64,000 bases of DNA from Adineta vaga (taxonomy: Eukaryota > Animalia > Rotifera), in NCBI GenBank assembly GCA_021613535.1, contig CP075492.1:18228001-18292000 (forward strand), in the 5' to 3' direction. A program made the position numbers and the translations under genes. Under the pieces are notes generated by a model that was not told where the DNA came from, did not search any database, and saw only the letters and a program-made list of their open reading frames with translations. Shown here in pieces: positions 23,639-37,499 of the stretch (the stretch's first letter is position 1; the number at the start of each line of letters is the position of its first letter).

Positions 23639-26600
23639 TTAATTCTGTTGATGCTGGGTTCCATCGAGATATTGTTGAATAAAAGGTTCAACAGTTTTCC
23701 AAAGCTAAAATAAATATATAAGACAATTCAATCATTGAAATTTATCTGATTGTACTTACAATGCCAGATTTGATGAGACGAATTGCTTCTTCCATAAGAG
23801 GCGCCATGAATCGATCATCATCCCATTTACTATATCAATAAAATATCATTTTTACTGTAAAAGAAAAACTTTTTTACGTACTCAATAGTTTGTCGAACCA
23901 ACTTATGAATAGCTTCTAGTGGAGGTGTTGTCGTTTCAGGATGCAATAAATCAATAGCTTGACAAGCCATGAGAAGCTCAATTGCCAAAACTAGATAAAA
24001 TATATTCGTATATTCATATTCAAGCCAGAACATAGACTTCGGCTGAAATTACTTTTTTCAACATTCTCGACTACCATTAGCGCTTTACGAGCTGACCAGG
24101 CACCCATAGAGACATGATCCTCTTGTCCAGCACTTGTTGGAATACTGTCAACCGATGATGGATGACATAGAACTTTATTTTCGGATACTAAAAAAAAATA
24201 GAAATCGTTCATCTAATTAATCGTACCCATATATTGTATTTCATAGAGAATGAATACAAAAAACGCGATATTTTGCTCAACATTTGCAAAAGTTCTATTT
24301 CAAGTTTATGAAATCTAAGTGATTGATTTTCACTCAGAATTATAAGATTTCTATCCGTTTTTGAAGAGTGCAAATTTTAACAAATCACTCTAGTATTAAT
24401 AATAATAATAATTCTCTGTATATTACCTAAAGCAGCTGCCGCATATTGAGGAATCATAAAACCCGAATTGAGACCACCATTATTAGTGAGAAAAGGAGGC
24501 AATTTACTCATGGTTCCTGTAACAAGTAGTGTCGCACGACATTCACTCATACTACCAAGTTCATGCACACCAATTGCCAAATAATCCAAAGCCTTGAAAA
24601 TAAAAATAAAAAGATCAAATAGACAAAACACATAGGATATAGATATAGCACACTTTAGCAGGATATTCGCCGTGAAAATTGCCACCCGAGACAATGTCAT
24701 TTGTGTCAATCATGACAAGTGGATTATCAGTAGCACTATTCATCTCTACTTTAATCAAATTTTTGGCAAACATAATTGTATCCCATGCAATACCATGAAC
24801 CTTTATATCGATAGAAAACTATGTGAACATGCAATAAAAAAAACTTATTTAAATTTCAAACCTGTGGAATACATCGAATAGAATACGGATCTTGTACTTT
24901 TTCACACACTTTATGCTTTTCATAAATCTCAGACGAATGAATTGTGGAATGAAGCAATGAACGCATTCGTTGTGCGACCAAATTCTGACCTACATAAGGT
25001 CGTGATGAATGGATACCTTAATAATTAATAAGATGATATTTACAAAGAATTTGTGAGTAAAAACTGACCTGGATGGAATGCACGAACGGTGCCACGTAAT
25101 CCTTCGACACTTAATGCTGCAATGACATCTGCTTGACGTGCTAATGAGACTGCTCGTTCGATAGCTAGACGAAAAATGAGATTGAATATTGAATGATTTG
25201 TTTCATTTCGTTTCTCCTACCTTCTGCTCCCAAGGCAGTGATGAATTGTGTTCCATTGACCATAGCTAAACCCTACATTGAATGATAGTATGAATAGTAA
25301 ACAACGGAAATTATTGTTCAGACAAATCTTGCTCTATTATTTCGTACTAAAACCCATTTTCTTCAAACTATCTTCAAAAAAATTAATTTTGTTTGAAAAT
25401 TAATACTGCTAATAAACTGAAAAACCGTTGGAAATACTACTAAAAAAACAATCACTTTTCATTATATCTAAGCGTTATAACATGAAGATAAGATATTCTT
25501 ATTCCTATTCGATCTATTATATGATATTTCTTACTTCTTTCGGTTTGTAAACAATTGGTGTCAGTCCATTCCGTTCAAGAACATCCTTTGCATTTCCCCA
25601 GCCAGTTGTCGGTGACCACATTCGACCAGTACCCATCAGAGCTACAAAGGATATCATAAGCACAAACAAACAAACAATACTTATTGGTAGACAAATTTGA
25701 AAAAAAAGAACGCGTCTGTTAGACTTGTCTGCCTGAACAATAGTACGTCAAAAATGATTTATACATACCTGCACTTAAATGAGCTAACGGTGCTAGATCA
25801 CCAGAAGCACCTACTGAGCCTTGACAAGGAATCTCAGGTACGCATGATTCTAAGATTAGATATAATTATAATCCACAATATGTGTGTATACACATATATG
25901 ACTTACTGTTGAATATTGCAATTGCTTTGCGTAACGTTTCTTCCGAAACACCTGAGTAACCCTTAGAAAGAACGTTGATTCGTAAAGCAAAAACCATTCG
26001 AGCTCGTTCGTTTTTTAATGGTTCACCAACGCCCGCACAATGCGAAAGAATCAAGCGAGATTGCAGTTCGCTATATTATAATACAAAAGAAACTATAAAA
26101 ATTTATAACGCGAATAGGAGTTCGATTTAGTTATTTCTATACTTTTATATTTCTTTATAAAACTATTACTCAACATCGTAGCTTCTATAGATCCTTCAAA
26201 GATTTTCGAGCCGAATGGTTTATAAAAACAAGGGTATATTACCATGAAAGTTAGTGACAAACATCTTCTGTGCGACCGATAAAATTCCCTCAATATGATA
26301 TTGTTCATATAGGGTTCCAAAATCTGCGGAAAAAGGTATTTTGTTCTTCGATTATCCATAAAGAGTTTCCGATTTGTCCGGCTTAAGATTTTTTAACTTT
26401 TATGAAATACTTTGTACGTTAATAAACCCATGAAGGGTTATGTATTGTGCGCCTTTTTTTTACAGTCGACAGTATCACGAAAACATTACGGTCATTAAAA
26501 ATGTTGTTTTTCAATTGTACATGGAAATTTCTTTTTTTCTTCAACTCTTTCACATATTCTGATAGACCTCGATAAAACATAAATGCATCGATAAGTGAAC

Positions 26601-27937
26601 AAAAGGCAAACATCTACTTAAAAGTAGTTTCAGAGTAGAAATTTTAGTTCTAGATTATTGAATTAAGATAATAAAATCTAAATATCAAATAAAAACACTA
26701 TGTCGAAAGATCTGTTGTATTTTAGTATTAGTTTCTAGTTGAGCATAGCTATTCTCTTCCATAATACTGAATATTACAAATTCAGTTCTGTTCAATTCTG
26801 ACGCAAACTATTAACCATTAACATATTGAAATTCGTCGACAATTAACTAGTTATGTACATTACTGAAATCCCTAGAGTTCACTCGAACCTAAATTTCTTC
26901 CTATTCTGCTTCGGTCTAGCTCTCGAATTTGGTTCTGGCATTGCTTCTCGCTATTATACTCATGTTTCGTTGTGTGGTCAAATGTTAGTCTTTAGACGTT
27001 CACATTGGTTAACATTGCGGAATACAAAACATTTTCATCTTTATCTGTTCAAATATGTGTTTCAAGACAGACTCACTAAAGTTGGTCATCAGGAATGATC
27101 GTTTTTGCAAATGGACCGAAACCAGTATTGATTCCATATACAACTATATGCCAAGGAAATATACTATTATTTATTTTGAAGGGAAAAAATAAACCTTTTT
27201 TCTCGCTGATAATGTTATCAACAACTTGTCGTCCTCGTCGAATCAATTCCCATGTGTCTGATGACAACTAGAGAATAAATAGTTTTAACAGAATTCAGAA
27301 CAACATTTTTATTTTATGAAAACCTCAATCTGATATTCACCAGACCCAAGACGAACAAGATCACTAGGTGTCATGTTCAAACCATCAATTGTTACGACCT
27401 GTTAATGTATGTGTGAATTTTTACCATCATATTCGACGCATTGTATTTTAATCTTACCTTGCGCTCTTCATCTCTATCAAATGATAATAGATGAAATAGA
27501 TACTCATTTTTTTATGAAAGAAAACTTACGTGATGATGCTATTGGTTTGTTGGTCATCGAAAGCTCTCATCAAATCTAGATGCAAAATGTACATATCAAA
27601 ATAGTAATAATATTTGATAATATATGAATTTTACCCATCTGTATCAGCTCGTTGTCCTTCAATACTTGTTCGACACAGTCATCTAACCACAAACGACTTC
27701 GATCAGAAACACGTCGAGCCATGAAAAGATGACATACGGATGCATCAGAATATATTTTTGTATATCTTGTAGTAATGTATTTAAAACACGTTGTACTATA
27801 CACAAGATTTTTTAAATTTATAATTACCTTGCATATGCAGTTCTGCAAATCCATTCAATGGTCTCTTTGCCTGTTTGGCATGGAATGAGAAATGTTTCAT
27901 CTGTATGACTAATTTTAACCGGAATACAGAATACCAT
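23639..27937 (-). CDS. HAL: Histidine ammonia-lyase (multi-exon, animal type with N-terminal extension)
   Basis: [22 protein letters not shown] motif [44 protein letters not shown]; start MVFCIPVK at 27937; last exon LWKTVEPFI...QQN*. Confidence 0.95.
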
Positions 27938-28046
27938 AGCTTTTCTCCTAGCAGATAACAAAAAGGAAAAACATAAATGCATTCTAAAGTCTGTGATGTT
28001 TCGAGTGTTGTCACATATTACGCAGATCGGGGATGCCGAAAGATGA

Positions 28047-28172
28047 CGGATGGGTGAGAATGTGAGTGTGGGTGTGTGGTTGTAGGTGTTAGTATTACAT
28101 CTATCTAACACCCACACCCATCCTCACTCTCACCCAGAACCAGAACTACACCCTCACCCACACCGACACCCT
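28047..28172. repeat. Telomere-like inverted cassette (long arms), ~110 bp upstream of HAL start
   Basis: Degenerate G arm, spacer tgttagtattacatctatc, C arm cacccacacccatcctcactctcaccc... Confidence 0.9.
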
Positions 28173-28382
28173 GTTCTATAGTAAGTTTCAATTTTCGTTT
28201 TGCTTATGCACTTAACTATGATGACTTTCCACTTAAGTAACAATGCATGTGATTTGATCGTCCTACCTGTTTTAGTTTTTGTATAACAAGATCAATACAA
28301 TAATGAGAAATGTTATTTTAGTTTGTTAATGTTCCTTTTATAGGCCTACTTTTATATATTGATATTTTCCAATCATGATATC

Positions 28383-28465
28383 TGCTTGCTTTTAGTCAGC
28401 GTGCTAAGTCATATTGCTTGATTTTAGTCAGCGTGATAAGTGATATCGTCTGATTTTAGTCAGTC
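28383..28465. repeat. Short tandem repeat (~32-bp unit, ~2.5 copies)
   Basis: ttttagtcagcgtg(c/a)taagt(c/g)atat repeated. Confidence 0.6.
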
Positions 28466-30447
28466 TTGTATGCAATGTTTTGATAAAGACTGGGAAAAAA
28501 TGCAAAACGCATAGTTGGTAATTTTTATTTTTATCTTTTATTGCGCCGTTTTTAGAAAGTGATCGAGTTTCTCGATTATTTTAGGGTGTGGCGGAGGTGG
28601 GATTAAATTGCTGTCATATCGGCCAAATTAATTCGCGGATAGTCGATGTTATTCCTGCCGACTTGCTGCGAAAATGCTTGGCAAAAAGGATGGGGACATT
28701 TTATAGGAACTTTGACCCAATTAGAAAGTAAAGGTAGTTTGATGTGAAACTATCAGCAACTGTAGAGCCCACAGTTAGAAGTTATCTCTATAGGTTCCAG
28801 CTCGATCGGTCAAACCTTTCCCTTGGTTCGATACTCATCCAAATAGTCTTTCTTATGACTATTAAGGGTAAAACAATTGTTTATTTTCAAAAGAGTTTTT
28901 ACATGGTTCGGTAGTCAGTTTATATAACATTCCATAGAGAATTTAATTCTGAATAACACTATATAAATGCCTTTAAATCAAAAGTCAAAAATTGATTACA
29001 AAATGTTTGTGATACCATCATCCTGAAATCATACATAGGCACAGCCAGAATATTATGTATCTTCGTTCTCATCTATTTGCTCCAAATCCAGAGCTATTTT
29101 TTTGAGCATGACTGGGAAACATAAGGAACTACAAAGACAAGCCGTTGCGAAAAATCTACTACCTTACTATTATATAGGACGTTGTAAATTGACCCGAAAC
29201 TTTTCAGCGATGACTAGTCCTAATGAGATACATCTCTGTTAAAAATTTTAGCTCGAGAGACCGTACTAAATCAGAGTTATGACTGATTTACGACCGTTTT
29301 TTGGGATCGAAATAACTTCCTCTAGAAACATGCTAGCGAGCTCTGGCTGGTATCAATTTGAAGCAAGTGTCTGTGCGCAACTTTTCATCGGGCAGAATTT
29401 TGAAAGTCTATCCCATTTCTTTTTTATGAGTTTTTCGTAGCATAGACTGCGAATCTGAGTGGAAAGACGATAATAAATGGCACTTTTCTTAGCCCAAGAA
29501 TTGACTTTAAAAAAACGGGTCGATGACAAATTTATACACATTGAGACCTTCAGAACAAAAAGAAATTTGAATATTGGCTTAATCGGGAGGAAGTTATTTC
29601 AATTTTTCTAATTAAAAACCATGTTTTGAGAAAACTGTTGAAGAAATTTCAGAAACTGTTTTTTTAACCCAAACCCATGAAAATACTCCATTCAGTGCTG
29701 CCATAAGTGGCTGCTGAGTCTTTGTTAAACTCAAAAATTACAGCAATTTTTCGTAAAAAAATGAGGTTAAAGAGATCAAATTTTTTACTGATAAGTCTAT
29801 GAAAATCTGATCTTATTGCGAAATGCTACCTATATTCGAGAAAAGGAAGCTTCGCCGCATCTTCCTATGTAAAAAAACTCAGTTTTAATCTTTTTCGGAA
29901 AAAGTGAGTTTATAGAAACACGATGGCAGTCAAGAGAAATTGATTGATTCCGAGCTTCAATCACTATCAGAAAGTAAATCGATGATGTCGACATTGCTTT
30001 GATTATTGATGAAAGTTCGAACTCGATAGCAGACTGTAATGCACAAATGATTCGAAAAATATCTTGCTTTTCTCCTTTTTACAATGAACAATAGTAAAAA
30101 TCAATCTGATTCGGTGCTATTGAAACATTCTAAGGCTAATATAGTGAAAATTTGCCTTTTTTGAACTGGATTAATGCGTTTTTCGCATATATGGAACATT
30201 TCTCACGGTTTAGCCAAGAATCATTTAAATACTCTTTTCCTCGGTAACTCGTCTGCTTGAATTGGTAGGGACATTTCTTTTATTAGAGCGATTCATCGTT
30301 CGCATTGTTTCATAAACTCTGGATTAAATAGGTAAAATAAGAAAAAAGAAAAGCCGATGATTAATAATGAGATCAAGTGTTCTTTAGTCAACAGACAGCA
30401 TAAAACTATATATAGAATTGTATTTCGTCGAGTAGTGAAAATAACCA

Positions 30448-33400
30448 TTAATTGCTGTCTTGTGATGCTGCAGTCGTTACTGATTGCCGTAATTGTGTAA
30501 GACGAGCTAGAAGTTCAGTCGCCAGTTGGTCACGTGATACTTGGAACTAATAGACGAGAAAGCAATGCTTATAAAGACAAATAATTCCACTCTCACTGTC
30601 AAACGCACATATAATGTCTTTTATGAATTTTTGTTATACTTTTGAATGTTCAAATACCTATTGAACTGATAGTCTGACTAATTGGACGAATGAGGCTTAT
30701 CCTGTCTATTTCTATTCATTCTTTTAAATTTTCAGGTCGATTTTCCTCCCTAATCTCGAAAAAAATTATTTTAAACTATCTAAAAATTTTGCAAATAATT
30801 TATTAAAACATAATGTCCACCAATTTTCAACCTCGAGATAAAACTATAAATATTTTAATACAATTAAATTCAATATCCAGAATTATAGATCAAAACACTG
30901 GGATATTATCAGTTCTAAAGAATAAAACTATTGCATTTAGTAAACACTTTATTACTCTAAAAAACATGAATGCAGAAGTCATCGACTGTATGATAAACAT
31001 ACAAAAACAATATGCATACAATCATCTTTTTATTAAATAAAAGTATTCGATGTCTGTTACGTCTTGGTTAATCACTGTATCTGATGTGGAGAAAGAACTT
31101 ACACATTAATATATTTATTTATGAACCGGCTTTTACGTCCTTTATTAACATTGGCTTTGTATTTTGTTAACGTTTATTTACTATGACAGAAATCAGTCAG
31201 ATTACGGTAAGAGGTTTGTGCTCGTCTACAAATCAAAGTCTCAGCATTGATGGTATGTATGATATTGTACGAGTCTCAAATTTTCGAGATTTAAGCGGAA
31301 GAAAATTGAAGTTATTTATATAAAACTAAGTGAAGTTTTCGGAACTGCGTAAAAGAAATATTGTTTCGAAGTTTTAAAAAACATTTTTTGCTATAAGAAC
31401 TAGAAGAAAGATTTTGTTTTAAATTTACAGAAAAAATGAGTAAAGTTTGGATACTAAAGCGATAATCTATTTTCATTTCTTTGGCGAAGCTGGAGGAATG
31501 GTTCGTCTTAATTACGTGGGTGTGGATTTTTAACTTAAATCCAAAAGCAAATTCTCTAAGATCTTTAAAATGATGAAAACATTCTGAACTTCTGTACATC
31601 ACTAGATATTGGAAAGACGACACAGATGAATATTTTGCGCATTTCAGAGTAGAGAAGCATAAATTAATACAAACCTCTTCTCGAGTGGGCACATTACGGA
31701 TTTTGACATTGCCGGATTTCAATTCAGACTCGCCAATGATAACACATAATTCGATTCGACACTTTTCACAATACTGGAATTGATCGAGCAACTTTGGATT
31801 TTCTTTCATTGACATTTCTGCCTATAATAAAAACATTTGAATCTGGTGAGCGAACAAAATTTCATACTTTGAATCCATTTTCCCACAAATAGGCGCATAA
31901 TTTCATCCGTTCTTCAAGTAACCCACTATGAGCCGAGGCAACATATACTTCAGTTTCAACAGTTTTTGATTGAGTATTCGAATTCTAAAACAAGTTATGA
32001 AGAAAGAAAACACACGAAAGGAGCAATATATCTACAGTAAGTTGATGTTCTTTGATGGAAAAAATGCGTTCAACGCCGATGCTCATACCAATACAGGGTA
32101 CACGACTTTGGCGTGAATCGATCTTGTTTACGAGTTCATCATATCGACCACCACCTGCCACACTTCCTACTGCTACTTGATCTTCACCTAATGTTGGATC
32201 ATATTGATAAGAATTGAGTGTAGCTTCAAAGATGACACCAGTATAATAGTCCAGACCGCGCGCTAGTTTCAAATCAAACACGATCTAGAAAAAAAGAAGT
32301 GTATCAGTCATAAAATGTTGATGTTTCTTACTTTGTCCATCACACCGTACAATTTCAAATAGCGAAAGAGTAATTCAAGTTCATTGAGCGCTTCGATAGC
32401 CGTTGATTGTGCGCACAATTGTGAATCATTTCGAAGTTGGTCGACCAGTTCGGCACCACCTATTAAAATAATCCAATCGAATCGATAAAGAAAACGAGAA
32501 GATACAAACCGTGTAACTGTACATATGACCAAATTTTGTCGGCTATGTCACCTTGTAAACCTTTTTCTTTGACCATTTCATTCCGAACAGTATCCCATGG
32601 TGTCTGCAAAATAGTATCGATGGATATTTTCAAAATAAAAAGAAACGAAAATACAAACTTTATCAAGTTTATCCACCGATGAACTAATCGGACGAAATAG
32701 TGCTTCAGGTACACCGCACACAGCAAAAATCGCATCGAGCAATTTTCGATGATTGAGCTGAAAAATAAGAAAAAGTTCTTTTTTTTAGAAGGAAAGTCTT
32801 TCAAGAAAAATATATGTTGCCTATGCTGATTAATCTCCATCTCAAACTATAAAAGAGCAGCGAGATTTATTTAGAAATCACAACGTTCAAAAAGACCAAG
32901 ACTAATCCGAGATTAAAATGGATACGAATGCAATTAAAAATCCATTCGATGTATCCAACTCACAAATTCACTATTGGAAATAATCTTCTATAGTTACGTT
33001 TCTTTTAAATATGCTACCTTCATCCACACCCACACTCTCAAATTGACTTACATAGACACGAAACGGTCCGAGCGCAAGTTTGTCAAGAATTTCGACAGTT
33101 ATTTTAAGACACTCGGCATCAGGTACCATCGATGCATAGTCACCGGCAATATCAAAATCACACTGGTAAAACTCACGATATCGACCTCGGGTCATTTTTG
33201 GATTATCCCGTCGATAAACTTTACCAATGTGATATCGTTTCATGTGCGAAAGCTTGTTTTGAGCAAGATAACGAGCAAATGGAACAGTCAAATCGTATCT
33301 TAATGCCAACTGTTCAGCTCCACCTTGATCTTTAAGCTCATAAATGAGCTTAGAATCTTCGCCATACTTTTCCGTGAGTAGAGGCTGGAATAAAAATCAA

Positions 33401-34264
33401 AGAAAATATTGAGACAAAAACAAAATATATGAAACAAAATATACTTTGAGTTCTATGACGGGCGTATCAATTGTTTCGGCTCCGTGCTGTTTAAAACAGT
33501 CGGTAATTGTACGAAAAACCTCTTCACGAATTCGCATCTGAGCTGGATGATAATCTCGCGTTCCCTACAAAATTCATAAAGATAATATGAATATCAATCG
33601 GCGTGCTAGGAAACTACTTACTCGAGGCGTTTTGATGACAAACCCAGTATCTTCTTCATTAGGTGTCATTTTTGCCATAGCATCGTTAATCTAAATTAAA
33701 CCAAAAGAAGATATTATTTTTTTTCATTGACTAAAAAAACAAGCAAATGAAATTTTTATCCTTTCTCTCTTTACCATCCTTTATTGAACAAGGAGCGCTC
33801 GCTCGAGGACTCTCTTAGCTCTTTCTCGTAGAAACTGCTAAATTACAACCAAGTCATTTATTAATACATGTTTAAAAACTAATCATCTTGATGGTGGGTG
33901 TAGATAAAGGCCTCTAGTATTCACACGCACACCCACCCACACCCTCAATTATATTAGAAACTGTCTAGAAGCGAATCAGAAAAGGAAATACTCGAATCGG
34001 TTGATAGAATATCTTACGTATAATTTACTGTCCAATAGTGACTGAGAAAAATAAGTTTCCCACGATTAGGGAATTATATCGACGGACATCTGTGCGAAAT
34101 GCTAGGAAATAATAACATAAGTCATCAGGACATACCTGTTCAGTTAGTTGACGAATAAGAGCACTCTGCGTTCTGATCAAATCCTTGGGATCGTTATTGT
34201 TGAGTGCTTGAGAAGTCGATGTATTCGACGCCAAATCCGACGAGGCATTCGTGTTTGCAGCCAT
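30448..34264 (-). CDS. HARS: Histidyl-tRNA synthetase (multi-exon)
   Basis: [63 protein letters not shown], anticodon domain IIGESEL; last exon FQVSRDQL...DSN* at 30448-30546. Confidence 0.96.
33015..33041. repeat. Single C-rich arm in HARS intron
   Basis: taccttcatccacacccacactctcaa. Confidence 0.7.
33885..33948. repeat. Telomere-like inverted cassette in HARS intron 1
   Basis: atcttgatggtgggtgt ... cacacccacccacaccctcaa. Confidence 0.88.
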
Positions 34265-34868
34265 GTGTCAAAGCGAGCAACTACCAGAAATGTATCACAT
34301 GAAGTGAAAATAACTGAAAATTTAAGGTAATATAACCAAGAATAGAGAGTCTGATGCAATGCAGGCTTTTGTAGACAGTCTGATGCAATGTACCGAAAAT
34401 AAACAGAACGGAAAAAATTACCGGCTAAAAAAGGACTCCAGTGTTGGATGAGGGTACTCATTCAACAATGGTTTGCTCTTTAACCAATAAGTTTTTTCTA
34501 TTCTGTCTTTACATATATAAATAGTGATGATGTGCTCATTCTATGCATGTATCATAAAAAGAATGATCTGGGTAGAACAAAAAAACGAAGAGTACGAAAA
34601 GAGGGCGCTAGTTTCTTGTTTCATTCAGTCAACAATATGTAGTTCTTGTTCACTCTGCTAGCTATACTAACTTAAGCACAAGTTTACATCACTGTCGCTG
34701 TTAGCATTATTCTTAACGGTTATTTTATTCACATTATCCAAAAACCAAGGCATGTTTCATGTCGAATGGGTGTCTAGACTAGACGATAGTCAGATGCACC
34801 ACTGGATAAGATAAGATGAGAGGTAATTTTTTACAATAAAACAGAGTAATACATATATTTATAACTCG

Positions 34869-35036
34869 CACTCACCCACACCCACACTCACCCACACCCA
34901 CACTCACCCCACACCCAAATACAGACTTTTCTGACTATGAACACTAGTACGAGGATAAATCTAGGTGTGGGCGAGGATGGGTGTGAATGTTAGGATGAGA
35001 GTTTTCCCGTCGTCTCTAAACTGCACACTTATACAC
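34869..35036. repeat. C-rich telomere-like tract followed by a second cassette
   Basis: (cactcacccacaccca)n at 34869-34916; ggtgtgggcgaggatgggtgtg ... cacacttatacac at 34964-35036. Confidence 0.8.
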
Positions 35037-35671
35037 TTTTCCCTTTAGTTCTTTCGAAAACCCAAAGTCTTTCCATTTTGATGCATAAGCATTCGTTTAA
35101 TATCTTACTTTAGTGTATTACACAATAGTCTCATCACTTTTAAACAAGTTAGTCGTCGTTTGACGAAAACAAAACATATTGAATTTAAAAGATTATTTCT
35201 AATAACAACGCAATACTTTTGTCGCTTTTCTTATGTTTGTCAATAGGATATAAAAAAAGCCATATGTCATATATTTTCGCTTTCACATAAGCAAAAAACA
35301 ACATTTGCATCGTTCTTTTTTTATATGAAATCAAAAAATAAAATCATACATCTACTCGTTCTTTGGTGACATCCATGATATTCTTAACTAAAATAATCAC
35401 TTGATCTCTTATTTCACAATTTCGCGAAAAGTATTTTGGCAAAGATATATATATATATCAGTGGCTGCGCGATGAAAGTCTCTGTTTTGCGAATAGATAG
35501 ACATTATTAACCAGAAGCTGTGTCGAATCCGAACCTCTACAGTTTTCATTTATTTCGAATTCCTAGTAAAGTACTTGAAAAATGTCAAAAAAAATCAAAA
35601 ATCGGTTTCAGTACTAACACACATCATCATTCGGTCGTCATAAGTTCGTAGGATAAATATTTTTTCGGGAC

Positions 35672-35718
35672 GAGGGTGGGTGTGGGTGTCTGCTCTTCTT
35701 TCATACCCACACCCACAC
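35672..35718. repeat. Telomere-like inverted cassette
   Basis: gagggtgggtgtgggtgt-ctgctcttctttcat-acccacacccacac. Confidence 0.9.
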
Positions 35719-35873
35719 GTAATGAACGTTTCTCTCTTCAAAATTAAATGTAAAAAATAACAGGCACACATTATTAGTTACCAGCACTCATCGTTGTAAC
35801 TATGAATAAAAATAAAAAGAACGGTATAAGGGATAGTTAGTTAAACTGATTCCAAATTGTATGGTGGTAAATC

Positions 35874-36566
35874 TTAGTAGTCGAATGGAAGTGCGGACGA
35901 CGGATATATTTGATCTTGATCAGTATTTGCTTGTTCAATTTCTTCTCGTTCGATTGGTGTATCAATAAATTCATATGTATAATTATTTGAAGAATAATCT
36001 GAAGGATAAGAACGCATTTTTAATTTGTTGTCTTGCCTTCTAAACTTCATATCAGGCTTATGAGATTTATGAAAACGATAGTAAAACCACAGGATTATTA
36101 TAGCTATTGATATCAATGCTAATATGCATAATATTAGAGAAAACCAACGTTTTAAAAATGATAGATGACATCGATTAGGTGATGATTTCGTTGATGAGTC
36201 TATCAATAAGAAGGATACACATTTAAAGTGAGTTCGATGACACCGATTAGATAGGCAAGACTCGTGAATTACGCAATTTTCACCATTTTGTTTCCGTTTT
36301 CGACACGTGAAATCTTGTTTATAATCACACCACTGTCCAGGGCCGCAGTCATGTGGGTGTTTAGGGTAGCCTTCATAGCTATGACATTTTCTATATAGAG
36401 GTGTTTTATTTTGGCATACATTCGATTCACAATAATATTCACAGTCATTATCATTATCACATGGACAACTAATACACATTCGTTCAGTTGCAGATGAACT
36501 CATGATTAGCTATGAGCCAATGCATATTATTGAGAAAATACTAGCGAATGAAACAAGTATGACCAT
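35874..36566 (-). CDS. Cys-rich single-pass membrane protein; signal peptide interrupted by in-frame TAG
   Basis: Cys-rich ectodomain, TM (WFSLILCILALISIAIIILWFYY), acidic tail; upstream in-frame MVILVSFASIFSIICIGS*LIM. Confidence 0.65.
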
Positions 36567-36830
36567 GTTATATGACTGTAAAAAATTAAGAATAGTAGTG
36601 CAGTTGAATTAGTTACAGTCGAATACTGTAAATCTTTATCTGAAACAAAATAAATCGATAGATATTATTTAAATTAAACTGATTTCATTTCGTTTTTCAT
36701 CGCTTATAAACTGTCTGTAAACGTACGAACAACTATCAAAATGTAATAAAGTGTAAAATCAAATCAATGATATTATACCGAATATTTTCATTTTTTATTG
36801 AATTGTATCTTCTTTGATTAGTTTACGATT

Positions 36831-36908
36831 TTGAGGGTGTGGGTGTGGGTGTGGGTGGTTAAGAATAAGATATAAAACTTACACCAGCACCCACACCCAC
36901 ACCCTCAA
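36831..36908. repeat. Telomere-like inverted cassette
   Basis: ttga(gggtgt)3gggtg ... cacccacacccacaccctcaa; 21-bp perfect inverted repeat. Confidence 0.95.
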
Positions 36909-37499
36909 GATATAATCAGAATAGATTATGATACAATAATTATTGATGTTTTCCTATATAAACGTGAATGTCTCATTGACTAAAAAGATTTAATGTTACA
37001 CTTTATGCATTTTTTAGTTCATTTCTTGCAAATATTATCAATAAATAAAAATAAAACATCGAAAATTCTATTCATTTCTATCGTTATTTATTTTCTTTTT
37101 CTTCTTACATAATAACGAATGAAAACCATCAATCAAATCGACAAATAACTTTCTTCTTTATATATATAAATAGATAGAAGATGTTGAAACTTTATCATTT
37201 TGCAGTACGGTAGTTATTAAACGAACTTTTTCACTCAGTATGAGAGAAAAGGTAATATTTATCTACTTAAACGAGTTCTTTATCGGATTTCTCGTCAGCC
37301 AACTGAGAATAAGATTTTTTTCTAATCTTTCTTCCCATCAAGAGAATTAACTTTTTCGTAGAATATATTCCGTCGTGTATGGTTATCACTCACTCATTTG
37401 TATTTACTAACGTCGTAAAAAGAAACTAGGTATATAAAGAGTACACACAGTGTTGTAAAAAACACTTCTTTTCTTTACTTATACTAAAGTGAATATATC

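Noticed and set aside
28500-29950. Probable decayed DNA-transposon sequence between HARS and HAL
   Set aside because: Could not define termini, TSD or transposase motifs
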